64,000 nucleotides of DNA from Squalus acanthias (Eukaryota). Made by a program: the position numbers and the translations under genes. The stretch's first letter is position 1, and each line of letters opens with the position of its first letter. The stretch lies in assembly GCA_030390025.1 (NCBI GenBank), contig CM059453.1, positions 7,936,001-8,000,000 of the forward strand, given 5' to 3'. Below are positions 1 to 12,035 of the stretch, piece by piece. A model generated the notes under the pieces. That model saw only the letters and a program-made list of their open reading frames with translations, made no database searches and was not told the origin of the DNA.

Positions 1-507
1 TAAACCTGTAGGTGCAGAGAAGATTTACAAGGATGATACCAGAAATGCAAGGGTATACCTATCAGGAAAGGATGAACAGGCTGGGTCTCTTTTCTCTTGA
101 GAAAAGAAGGCTGAGGGTGACCTAATAGAGGACTTTAAAATGATGAAAGGTTTTGAGGAAGTGGATACAGAGAGAATGTTTCCACTTGTGGGAAAGAGCA
201 TAACTAGAGGCCATCAATATAAGATAGTCACCAAGAAATCCAATAGGGAATTCAGAAGAAACGTCTTTAACTAAAGCGTGGTGAGAATGTGGAACTCGCT
301 ACTACAGGGAGTGGTTGAAGCGAATAGTATGGATGCATTTAATGGGAGGCTAGACAAGCATATGAGGGAGAAGGGAACAGAGGGTTTTGCTGACAGATTT
401 AGGTGAGCAAAGATGGGAGGAGGCTGGAGTGGAATATAAACGCCGGCAGGGTCTGGTTGGGCCGAATGGCCTGTTTCTGTGCCGTATATCCTATGTGATC
501 CTATGTA
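1..507 (+). mobile_element. CR1-clade LINE 3' fragment
   Basis: Degenerate ORF2 C-terminus (GLFSLEKRRLR, RVVRMWNSL) followed by the GGGCCGAATGGCCTGTTTCTGTG 3' UTR and (TCCTATG)-type tail. Confidence 0.85.
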
Positions 508-753
508 ATCATCAGTAAATCTGAACATGTTCACAGACATATTCGAATTGTCCGAGAGTGACAACAGATATGTTCACTAACAGTGAAGGAGTTTCACAAC
601 CTATGTGAGGTAACACGGTTGCCAATGATTGGTGGATTTCCAACAGTTGATATCCCGATGCTCTTATACAATAGATGACCGGCGAGCTGAATCCAGCACC
701 GTGATTAGTCTTAGACTGAGAATGTTGTTATACATCGTGAACTCTCTGCAGTG

Positions 754-790
754 ATGAAGTTTATTTCACTCCTCCTGATATTTTCCGAAT
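754..790 (+). pseudogene. Orphan, diverged Siglec-like leader exon (MKFISLLLIFSE)
   Basis: ATG...GAA T|GTAAAA phase-1 donor. Peptide and ~170 bp upstream (incl. CCAATGATTGG) align with the leaders at 10723, 29488 and 55536. No V exon follows before the LTR element. Confidence 0.6.
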
Positions 791-1498
791 GTAAAATGAG
801 TTCTCCTGGAGGCAATTTCCATCGAGTGGGAAAATACCCAAGTAACTAGTAATAGATCCAGGATTGTACCCATACTGATCGGTTTGGCAGGACCTGTTGT
901 TTAAATCACTTTCAGCTGTGTATTTTCTCGACAAAAACTACAGGTCCAATTCACACGTACCAGACAACAGACCGAAATTTGCAAAAATAAACACTGCAAC
1001 AGATAAGGGGGGGGGGGGATCTGTGTTAAGTTGTGCAAAATTAGAGAGCTTGAGTGTGAAATTCCAAAATTAAATCAATTGGAAACCAAGCTGTTTACCA
1101 CAGCGTCAAACGGTTTACTGTCAAACAGCTCCTATCTGTGACGTCACAGATGCATGTTGGAGAGCTCATTAACGAAGGTGACGAAACCACACGTCTACAG
1201 ACTGCAGCAAGCTAACAAACTGTAGTGACACCTCTCCAACATTCAGCTCGTATTAGCTGCCAGAAAGCGGAATATGTGTGAAATGTGAGTCAGAGGCGTC
1301 TGCAAGCGTGGGCGGTGCCATTCTGAAGCAAACTCCAATTATTAATATCATAAACAACAGTACATTTGTGTGTTTGTTTGTGAGAGAGAGATGTTATTTC
1401 TGTATTAAGCATTCTGTAGAAACTGAAAAAATACCATAACATCATATTCACTAACAGTCGGTCACACGCAGCCCATGTACATTTATTTAGTATTATAC

Positions 1499-2404
1499 TG
1501 TACGAAAGACTGATATTTAAAGATATTTAGTAGACGAGAGTCATATATGTATAACTTCAAGTGTAGCCATTGACCAAATAATATTACCCATAATTACTCC
1601 TGATTAACAAAGAAAACTAAGACTTGTTCAAAATGCAGCTGCGAGGACAGTCAATAGCAGTTTTGACTAAGCTTTGATAACAAACAGTCACAGGCTGCTA
1701 GTGAAGGTTAAATCATTAAATAACATATTATGATGCTAAGTAGAAATTAGAATTCGCTTAACAAAACAAATTGCAACGATATTTAAAAAATAATTAGTAT
1801 AAGGACATAAAATGAGAGAGATCATGGAGATAAGGTATTTATCTGGTAGATTAAAGTGAGATATTCTGGATACCGCATGACTAGTGAAACAGCGCTGGTA
1901 TGGGCCCTTGGTATAAAGCCCTTGTACTGCTTGAAGATAGAAATGAAAGAGATGAAGTAAATTCCAATGGGGTGAAAACTATAAACAAGATAACACTGAA
2001 AATGGTAAAGTTGGTGGAAAAATACTGGAAAGGTGGGATGCTATCTTAGTCTGAGTGACAATGGTATTTTGACAATTAAAACCAATTAAAAAAGGTGATT
2101 TGTTAAAGACCATATATGGACACTGTCCAAACTAACTGTTGATAGGAAAAGTGTTAAAACCTAGATACTCAAAGAACAACTTCACACAGATGTACTGCGA
2201 GGAAAAACGTACAGACTTAAGAGGACATCATCTGTGTCCGAGAGGTTCCAGAGACCTAAGGCTGCGAGCTATGCGTTAAAACAATCGCCTAATATTAAGT
2301 ATATTACACTGTATGCTTAATAAATCTTGATCTATTGCTTAAACATACTGGCTGCTGCCTATTGGTGTCTTGTCCAAGAACACACAGATCGTTAAGATCT
2401 TACA
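1499..2404 (+). repeat. 5' LTR (906 bp)
   Basis: TGTACGAAAG...AGATCTTACA, direct repeat of 6139-6883 plus ~160 bp extra; AATAAA near 2318. Confidence 0.9.
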
Positions 2405-2407
2405 AAT

Positions 2408-2425
2408 TGGCACCCCAGATGGGAT
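2408..2425 (+). promoter_or_regulatory. Primer-binding site, complementary to tRNA-Arg(CCU) 3' end
   Basis: TGGCACCCCAGATGGGAT 3 nt after the LTR. The duplicate reads GTCCCATCTGGGGTGCCA at 63401-63418, matching the vertebrate tRNA-Arg-CCT 3' end plus CCA (from recalled sequence). Confidence 0.75.
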
Positions 2426-2587
2426 AAGACAAAGCGGCTAGTATTGTGTAATAGATCGGACCTGGAAAGTAGCTTCCTGATCAGCTGCTGCACTTGAGGA
2501 GGGATAAACCCCGAGGGGAGTGGGGAGTGCGCGATAATTGCGCGCCAATAGTTATTGATGTTAGAGGTCTGTTAAGAAAATCACCAA

Positions 2588-3189
2588 ATGGTTAGTAAAA
2601 GTTGTGTTAATGCATGTAAGAGTAAGTTGGACAGAGGCGCTTGTGCGGAGAAAGTGCAGATATTATTGACGGAATGTTTAATCAAAGGAGACCGAGTCCC
2701 CTTTGAAAAAGTGATAAACTTTATTCCGGAAAGTCTCTCTCAGAAAAAACACCACGGGTTAAGAGAGAAACATTGCCAGGTAGTTAAGCATAAAGGGCAG
2801 GAGAGAGAGGGAGAGATAAAGAAGGAAAAATATCTAATTTGCAGGCAAACCAAACTGAAAACTCAGCAAAGGAAGGAAAAAAACAAGAATTTGGAAAGCC
2901 AGGAAAAGCTGCTGAAACGCCGATGTAAAAAGAGAAAAAAAAAAGAGAAACTTAAAGTTTTTCCGACATGGAAGTTATTGACATTTGTGCCGAGACAAAT
3001 AAAACACAAGATTTGCTGAGTGAAAGGAAGCTTAAAAAAATGCTGGAATTTCAGTTTGAGCGAAAGTGCGAAAGTTATCCTGACTCTGAATGCTTAAGAC
3101 GTTTCAGTATTCCTTTCTCTGAAAGTCAGTCTATAAAACAAAAAGTGTTTGTTATGTGTGTTTTAGCTGCACCCACTTCTCTGTGTTAA
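2588..3189 (+). pseudogene. Degenerate first internal ORF of the LTR element (gag position, Lys/Glu-rich)
   Basis: Broken ORFs 2588-3019 and 2968-3189 just after the PBS, mirrored at 62805-63238 (-). No recognisable capsid motif. Confidence 0.4.
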
Positions 3190-5109
3190 AAGCGTTTAAC
3201 ACTTTTGTCTTGTCTTGGATTTTGGAAGTTTTAAGAATGTGCGAATAAGATTGTGCCCCACGAATTGGGGAAAAAAAACTTTGAACTACAATTTAAGTTA
3301 AGCTGGTTTGTAAAAACTGAGAAGAACAACAAAAAATGTGTTTAACAAAATATTAAGTTTCGGTCTAAGATTTAACCTTGGAGTCGCTGTTGCTATGGTG
3401 AAATCTTCAAAAGTAGTTTGATTTGATTTGTTTAAATATAAAAAACTATTTTTTCTCCAGTTATATTCAATGTTTTTACAGTATTTTGGAAAGGCATCTG
3501 AAGAAAGGACAATAAGAAATATGACGTAATTTATGGTTTTCTATAAGCATGTACTAGTTTGTTTTTTATCTGTTCTGTTCGTGCTAAGTTAAAGTGTGAA
3601 AACACAACTGTCTTTTACGATCGGGAAAGTTTTTTTTTTAATTTACGTGAAGTGACGCAATTGCGTGCACTTGACAATGTTTTGCTCCACCTTCTTAAAA
3701 ACCTGCAAAGTAGTTAACCCTTTCCACTGACTGCTGTTTAAGTTCACCAAGCAGCAACTTTAGCATGACATTTAAAGATATTGGACATTATTAAATTTAA
3801 GTTTCTTAATTTTAAGTTAATATTTCCATAGAATGAGAGAAGCAAAATTATGATTTGATAAATAGACTCTAAGCAGAGCCACAATGGATTCTCTTCTTGC
3901 TTTTGTTATATGGAAGTTACCTTGTAAACTGATTGCAGCACTTCTGTCTCTAATGTTAAAACACTGTGTAAGCCACCTAGCTTGAGAATCATTTGTTTCT
4001 GAAATTGGAAATGGAAGATAAATTGATAGAAATGAAATTGAACATTGACAAAACCTTTCAGTTCAACAATACTGCTGTTTGGAATTTGGGATAATTTTGT
4101 AACAAGAAAATGGACTCGGGCACTATATATTTGGTTACTTTTGGGAAAATAAAAGATTCTATAAAATAATGATAAATAAAAAAGTGTTAATAACTTGGAC
4201 CATGTTAGAATGTTTGACCTATGTTTTCAATCTTAAATATTGTACTGGACAGTAAAGTTCCTCCAGGGCTCATGAATGCGATATGAATAGTAATTAATAG
4301 GCTGTGTAAAATGAAGAGAGGAAGTGGTTGAGGGTGTGAGATAGAAACAGGCGAATTACACCACCAATTGAGAATTTTCCAAATTTACTAGTGAAAGTCA
4401 GGAAAGTGTAGATAAGAATAGTAAATTAATAGCTTTCTCTTGGAGACATTTGTGTCCCTGCCTATAATGAACTTTTTAAGAAAACTGAATTTGATAGCCT
4501 GGCCACTACCCAAGATATCGGGACCATGCGATGGAGATAAACAAGGACCTCCAGACAATCTTTTGATAAGATCACCTGAAAGCCCGCGAAAGACTTATAT
4601 CGGATGGCACGTGTGGCATAATATGGGGATACCGATATGAGTGTGCGAATGTGATTTGTTACGTATGAAGCAATTACCATCCGCAAATGAATGTTGATTG
4701 TGCACTGAAGAACGGGTCTCAGTCTGCTCAGTTACTTGACAACAGCAAAACAAGAAATGATTAATGTGGTTCAGGAGAGCGAGACATCCTTTAAAGCATT
4801 GACACATACTCCATCGAGAAACTGTCTAATTAATGAAACAATCAGAATAGATTTAAATAAAATGGTACCTGTTAGAGGGATTGAAATTTAAGTTGAAGTG
4901 GAGAGTTACATGTGATCTGGATTGGGACAATTGAGGGCTAAGGAGAAATCATGTTTAGTTAGAATAATCCACAAGATGGATATGAGTAAAAGAGAGATCT
5001 GGAGAATCTTTTAAGTCCATGATTTGTTGATTAGATGTTAAACTGTAATGTCGCTTGAAATGATTGTAAGACTGAATTTAACTGTGACTGTAATAATTGT
5101 GTTTTGTAG

Positions 5110-5620
5110 GTAACAGAGCGTGGGAAAAACCAGTACCAATCCAGTGTGAGGTGGTATTGGTGGTGCCTCCTGTGTCACTACTACCCAACTACCATGCTTT
5201 ACGGGTCTAACAGGACCTGTCCCATCAAAGAACACGTTTTAATCAATATCAAAACCTATGCTCAAGTGAAACGGACAGTAAATGTGATACTTAAGTATGA
5301 GCTGCACAGTTAAATGGCACAATTCGGATACGACATTCCCCTGCTGTCTGAGGGATTCAGTGAGCTCTTGATGCAACTGAACCCCTCCCGAAAGCATTTT
5401 TATGTTTTGGAGAAAGACAACTCGAGAATGGATGTTGAAATTGACAGCATAGAGGACAACTCACACTGGTGGGATATTGGGCTTGATATATCAGCACGCC
5501 CTTAGGTTTGTATTATTTCACATGCTCTGGTAGTTCTCCAACTTGTAATGATAGTGTCTTTGATATATGTAACCTGTGTAGTAAGACTTTGATACATAAG
5601 CCAATTGTATACTCATGAGT
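5110..5620 (+). pseudogene. env-like (fusion glycoprotein C-terminal/TM) remnant
   Basis: Reads GGASCVTTT...NRTCP...heptad-like...SHWWDIG...(stop)VCIISHALVVLQLVMIVSLIYV; preceded by a TTTTGTAG acceptor; more intact at 60315-60626 (-). Confidence 0.5.
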
Positions 5621-6138
5621 ATGATTAACCAGCACCAACAAATTAATTGAGCAGACCGAAAGAGAATATCCGAAGCAACGTAGAGGAGAACCCAGGCAGG
5701 GTAACATCAGGAAAGATAGAAGAAACAGAGGATGTCCCAGGCGGGGCAGAATTGGAACACCGGAAACGGGAAGTGAATTTAAGTAAGGGATCAGATCAGG
5801 GCCGTTTCTGCCAGATCCTATGATGCAGCAATAGGAGCAGCAGGCGGAGGAGAAAGGATAGACTGGGGCGCACTAGAAGGCAAGACTTATCAGCACGGCC
5901 GACATGATGGTTGGGGAGATCCCGGGGTGTCCTCCATCAATCACGATAGGCGGTCGGTCCCTGTGAGTGCTATAGTTAGCACTCAGGCCTATAATGAAAA
6001 GGGGGATAAAGCCTCATTTGAGAAGCGCTCCTTTCCCCACAATTAGAGGACTCCAATTTGCAGCAACGCCATGCAGAGAATAGATTGAAGTAGTCGAGGA
6101 ATGAATGTTTAAAACATTTCACCCTCGAGGTGGGGACT

Positions 6139-6883
6139 TGTACGAAAGGCTGATATTTAAAGATATTTAATAGACGAGAATCATATATGTATAACTTCAA
6201 GTGTAGCCATTGACCAAATAATATTACCCATAATTACTCCTGAGTAACTAAGAAAGGCAAGACTTTTTCAAAATGCAGCTGCGAGGAGAGTCAAAAGCAG
6301 TTTTGACTAAGCTTTGATAACAAACAGTCACAGGCTGTTAGTGAAGGTTAAATCATTAAATAACATATTATGATGCTAAGTAGAAATTAGAATTCGCTTA
6401 GCAAAACTAATTGCAAAGATATTTAAAAAATAATTAGTATAAGGACATAAAATGAGAGAAATCATGGAGATAAAGTATTTATCTGTTAGATTAAACTTGA
6501 GATAGTCTGGATTCCTCAAAACTAGTGAAACAGCGCTGATATGGGCTCTTGGTATAGAAAGGACTTGTACTGCTTGAAGCTAGAAATGAAAGAGATAAAG
6601 TAAATTCCAACGGGGTGAAAAACTATAAACAAGATAACACTGAAAATGGTAAAGTTGGTGGAAAAATACTGGAAAGGCGAGGACAAAGGAACAGTCTGAA
6701 AACAACATCAACTGTGTCTGCGAGTTTCCAGAGACCTAGGGCTGCGAGCTAAGGCTAAAACTGTCGCCTAATATTAAGTATATTACGCTGTATCCTTAAA
6801 AAATCTTGATCTATTGCTCAAACATAATGGCTGCTGCCTATTGGTGTCTTGCCCAAGAACTTAGTGATCGTTAAGATCTTACA
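6139..6883 (+). repeat. 3' LTR (745 bp)
   Basis: Preceded by GAGGTGGGGA-CT; TGTACGAAAG...AGATCTTACA. Confidence 0.9.
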
Positions 6884-8214
6884 ACACAGCACATTTAATA
6901 ACATTTCCATTCATAGTTATTGAGAAATCCATTGAATGTTGATTATAGATATATTTTGATCAATATTTAATGTATATTTGAAGAGTTTTTATTAGGCATT
7001 CACTGGCTTTTTAGTGGATATGTATTTGGCTTTTGCAGGGCTGTGGAGAAACAGCAAGGGAGTGGGACCAATTGGATAGCTCTTTCAAAGAGCCGGCACA
7101 GGCATGATAGGGTAAATAATTACCTTCTGTGTTGTATTATTCTATGATTCTACTGATAAACATCAGAACAGGAATGTTGGAGAGGCGGGTCAGTACGGTT
7201 TCCTGAAAATCAGTGCAAAAACCACCAATAAACTATCTGCCATCACAGTCTAACAGATTGCAATGTCCCAATTCAATTTAAAAACCACGTTGATTTCCAT
7301 AAAGTAACTGTATGTTCCAAGCATCAAACAGAATGATTTGAATGAAATGTCGCATCGAGTACCCTTTGGTAAAAGACCAGCCTTCACTATAATTCAACCT
7401 AATACAGCCAGACTGTGTATACCAGTAAGAGCAGAGTTGGGACCTGGGTCTGAACAAACATCTAGTCAGTAAAGCCAAGCTGAGACCTGGGTCTGAACAC
7501 ACATCCCTCAACTAGCCTGTAAATCCAGATTATGACATGGATCTTAGCACGCATTCCCTGTCGCCCTCTTTCTCTGTCATACTCTCTCTCACACACTTTC
7601 TCTCTGTCTCTCTCTCTGCTCCAGAAAACAACAAGACTGAGCAGTGAATTCACAAATATCTTGAACCTTTGATCTTAAGAATCCAAGTTTCATACAGTAA
7701 ATATTGGGCTAATATTTACTGTAAATGTTTAATAACTCTATTTAATAGTTACAGCAACAGGTGGCACTAGGAAGTGACCAGTTGCAGCAAGAACTGTGAG
7801 AGTAACTAAGTAGGAAATAATTTGATATAGTCAGTGGCATCAAGGGATTGAAGGGAACTGCTTAACTAAACAACAGGATCGTGCTTAAGAAAACCAGCTA
7901 AAAGCACATAGAATACCTTCAAGGAGATAATAAATACATGACAAGAAATAGGTAATGTAGACTATTAATACAGTGTGAAGGAAATCAGTGCAATATGGAA
8001 TATCACAGGTCGTGGTAGAGGTAGGTTGGGGCGGAGGGGTTGGGGTGGAGATTATTCCCGAGACACCAGTAGGAACATTGCGGCAGAGGTGGGAGTATGT
8101 AGTTGGAGGAGGAGGGAGGTGCGAGGAATTTCTTTGAGACACCATGTATAGCTCTGAGGAAGGGAAACAATTCGCTGAATGCGATGAGTTAATTACATCG
8201 AATTTGCAGCTTAG

Positions 8215-8700
8215 AAACAGTCCATTAGGCCCAACTGGTCTGAACCTTCTCCCAGCCCTCTTCATCTAACTCTGTCAACATAACCTTCCATTGCTTTCCC
8301 ACTCATATACTTATCTAGCAGCTCCTTAAATGCATCTATGATATTCGCCTCAACTATGCCTTGTGTTAGCAAGTTCCACCTTCTAATCACTCGCTCGGTA
8401 AAACAGTTTCTCCTGAATTCCTTCTTGTATTTCTCAGTGACTAACTTATATCGAGGAACTCGAGTTTTGATCTCCCTACGAATGGAAACATCTTCTCTAC
8501 GTCAACCCTATAGAACCCCTTCATAATATTGAAGGCTTATATTAGGACACCTGTCAGCCTTCTCTTTTCTAAAGCAAAGCGCCCCAGACCGTTCAATCTT
8601 TCCTCCTGTTTATAAACTCTAATTTCTGGTATAATACTTGAAAATCTGTTTTGTACCTTCGCCAGTGCATCTATATCCTTTTCTGTAATATGTAGACCAG
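8215..8700 (-). mobile_element. CR1-clade LINE 3' fragment (duplicate at ~57125-57605, +)
   Basis: ALAKVQNRFSSIIPEI...LEKRRL and CR1 3' UTR. Confidence 0.8.
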
Positions 8701-10776
8701 AACTGTGTATTGATTTACTTATTAACCTGCCGGTGCACAATCCTTTCGTCTGCACACCCCAAATACAGCAACCGTTCTACATACCCCACAATTAGTGTCA
8801 GGACCGATTTTAACGAGAATTGGACGGTTGAATGACTATTGGTCGCGTGGATGCTGCAAAGTGACCATGTGTAATTCACTCTCACTGACACTTATTCACT
8901 TCTTTAATATCCTTGAGGAAGTGGAATAACCGGGAGGGACTCTCGAGAAGGCACTGTTCCCTTTCCTGAATTGCCGAACCCAGAGATAGTCCAGAGAAAC
9001 TGGCATTGCACCGGGACTGCATGTTCAATTTAGTGCTTATATATCCTAGAATGTTAAAAACAGTCACATTCAGAAAGACACATGGTGTGTTCCTGCTGGA
9101 CAATTATCATTCTCTGTACCGATTGCACATTCCTCAGTTCTTATAGTGTATTTCCATTCACTGCCCGATGATATTTTATGTATTGCAACAGCCTTGTACT
9201 AAACTGGTTTGTAAGCCAGTGATCCCCATCCTGTAATGTGGGCCACTGCTGTCTCGTCAGGGCTTCTTCTTTCTCGCTTTACACAACTGTTTAATAATCT
9301 TTGGTTTTCAATTCTGCTGTATTCTTCTCCGAAAATGTCCACTGCTATCTTCACCCCACAGACAGCAACTGACCTGTTTTGCCTTTTCAACAGTTCCGGG
9401 TCTTCTACAAGGCTTTGTGTGCCCGGGATGTTCAGAGTCCTAATTTATCTGTCGCGGCTGCCGAGCGCCTCTTCTTGTGTGCGTCGGAAAAACCCGGAGT
9501 ATTAAATATCTTTCCTATCTGGAGAAGACCAATTAGTAGGAATAGAACGCTCATCATATTGTAATGGGAGAGCGACAGTAAAATAAGCAATTTCCTCAGG
9601 AAAGTGTTACGGATTTCAGATTTTAAATTGTGAAAATGGAAAAGAGGGAGTTGTTCAAACTGCAAGATGCTCATCCGAGGTGCTTTACTGAGATATATAA
9701 GGTAAGGTAGCGATTGATCACTTACCCCTTCATGGTAGCAGTGATACGGTCCTCTTATCTTCCAACTAATATGGACTGATTCAGCTTCTTAATCAGGTGC
9801 GAAATGCACCCAGTTTGAAGCTGAACTGTGTTCGAATGAGGTGCCCGTTTGGATCCAGGATTTGATCCCACTGATCAATTTGCAGGCATTTCTTCCTGTA
9901 GATAACAAAATCCACCTTGTTTCCAGCAGCATTGACCCTCCAATCTAAACGCTCAATCACACCTCACAGTTCTAGCACTAAAGTCAGAAACTTCATAAAC
10001 CCGTCATTGTAGCAACTCGGATCTCAATGAGTTAATTTCAGCAGATTTCATCTCGCTGCAGTGTCAGTATAAACAGCTCCAGTCACTTCTAAAAATGGCA
10101 CTTTACCCACTTGAAACTGTTTACTGATAAACTCCTTTGTATCTTTTAACATTTCAGATACGTGTTGTGCCCCCGAGCTACTGAAGGTGATCAACCCACA
10201 CGTCTGCAGACAACGGATACAGGACTAACCACAGCTTCACACTTCAAACACTCACAGTTCAAGGGCTGATAAATAACTCAGTGTGTGGGAGTTGTGTGTC
10301 GGGGCTTCTAAAGCTGGTGGAGAGGCCAGTTTAGATATTGCAATCTCAATTGCCACCGCTGTCCTGTAACTGTACAGATGATGAGGGGGCTTGGTTCATC
10401 TCTGCTCAGGGTTAATCAGCATTGGCTGTGCCTCATCATATCGTGTAACTGAGGGCCTATCACTGATGCACTCTGTCATATTCGAAGTGGCCCCAGATTT
10501 CCAGCAGGTTTCATCATCAACATTTGAGGAGTGGCGAAAGCTGTGTGAGCTATCGCAGCTCCCAATGATTGGTGGGTGGCGAACAGCTGACCTCCTAATA
10601 CTTTGATTCGATTCGCTATGAACTCCAGTCTATTACCGGCGAACAGAATCTAGAAACTTGATTACTGATATCTGAGATAAAAACAATTTCCGTCATTTTG
10701 ACATCGTCAACCGCCTCCAGTCATGAAGAGTATTAGATTGATCTCCTTTCTGATATTTAGCGAAGGTAAAATATTC

Positions 10777-11215
10777 TATGCCTCGGCTAATAAAGGAAAG
10801 TATCCCGTATGCCTTCTTAACCAACTAATCTACCTGTCCTGCTCCCTTCAGGGATCTGTGGACATGCACGCCAAGGTCCGTCTGATCCTCTGCACTTCTC
10901 AATGTCCTACCATTTATAGTGTATTCCTTTGCCTGTTAGCCCTCCCTAAATGCATTACCTCAAACTTCTCCAGAATGAATTCCATTTGCCACTGTTCTGC
11001 CCACCTGACCAGTCCATTGATATCTTCCTGCAGTCCACCGCTTTCTTCTTCATTCTCAACCACACGGAAAATTTTTGTATCATCTGCAAACTTCTTAGTC
11101 ATACTTCCTACATACAATTCCAAATCATTGATATATACCTCAAAAAGCAAAGGACCCAGGACTGAGCCTTGCGGATTCCCACTGGAAACAGCCTTCCAGC
11201 CACAAAAACACTGAA
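10777..11215 (-). mobile_element. CR1 ORF2 RT fragment
   Basis: LFEVYINDLE...KFADDTK...WAEQWQMEF. Confidence 0.9.
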
Positions 11216-11364
11216 GTGCAGGAACATTTTATTCCAACACAAAGGTAGATAAAGACGAAAACTGATAAGAAGTTATTGAAATGTTTAGCAGAAATTACAT
11301 GTTGGAGTATTTAGCCAGGTTTGTTTACAAGGTTGTAACTCGGAAATCCTCACAACATAACAGC

Positions 11365-12035
11365 ATTAGAACATAAGGATTAGGAGCAGGAGTAGGCCAT
11401 TCCGCTCCTCGAGACTGCTCCGCCATTCATTCAGGTCATGGCTGACCTTTGACATCAACTCCACTTCCCGCCCGATCCCCATATCCCTTTCTCTCCCTAG
11501 AATCCAAAAATCTATCTATCGCAACCTTGAATTTAGTCAACGACTCAGCATCCACAGCGCTTTGGGGTGGAAAATTCCATATATTCGCAACCCTCTGAGT
11601 GAAGAGATTCTTCCTCATCTCAGTCATAAGCAGATAAGAACATAAGAAATAGGAGTAGGAGTAGGTTATACAGCCCCTCGAGCCTGCACCGCCATTCAAT
11701 AAATCATGGCTGATCATCGACATCAACTCCACTTTCCCGCCCGATCTCCATATCCCTTGACTCCCCTAGAGTCCAAAAATCTACCTGTCTCTGCCTTTTA
11801 TACATACTCAAAGACTCAGCATTCACAGCCCTCTAGGGCAGGGAATTCCAAAGATTCACAACCCTCTGAGTGAAGAAATATCTCCTCATCTCAGTCGTAA
11901 ATCGCCTACCCCTTATCCTGAGACTGTGACCCCCGGTTCTAGACACACCAGCCTGGGCGAAACATCCTCTCAGCACCTGCCCTTCTTTCCCCTTCAGAAT
12001 CTTCTATATTTCAATGAGATCACCTGTCTTTTTCT
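11365..12035 (-). mobile_element. Two tandem CR1 3' end fragments
   Basis: Repeated AGAACATAAG...GGAGCAGGAGTAGG tail and FTQRV..W motif on the - strand. Confidence 0.8.

Larger units (their letters stand above)
1499..6883 (+). mobile_element. Non-autonomous LTR retroelement / ERV-like provirus (no pol recognised)
   Basis: TG...CA LTRs at 1499-2404 and 6139-6883, PBS 2408-2425, purine-rich tract before the 3' LTR. Flanks are ATAC/ACAC (ATAC in the duplicate), i.e. a 4-bp TSD. Confidence 0.9.
1829..10776. repeat. Left arm of a large inverted segmental duplication (partner 55483-64000)
   Basis: Colinear reverse-complement match through the LTR element, unique DNA, a CR1 fragment and the Siglec leader. 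Confidence 0.95.

Noticed and set aside
9620-9701. Exon-like segment ending TATAAG|GTAAGG as the Siglec leader
   Set aside because: Not in phase with the V exon, and its MLIRGALL ATG is absent in other copies; the real leader is MKSIRL...SE
10723-11214. 163-aa ORF starting at the copy A leader
   Set aside because: After 15 codons it is antisense CR1 sequence
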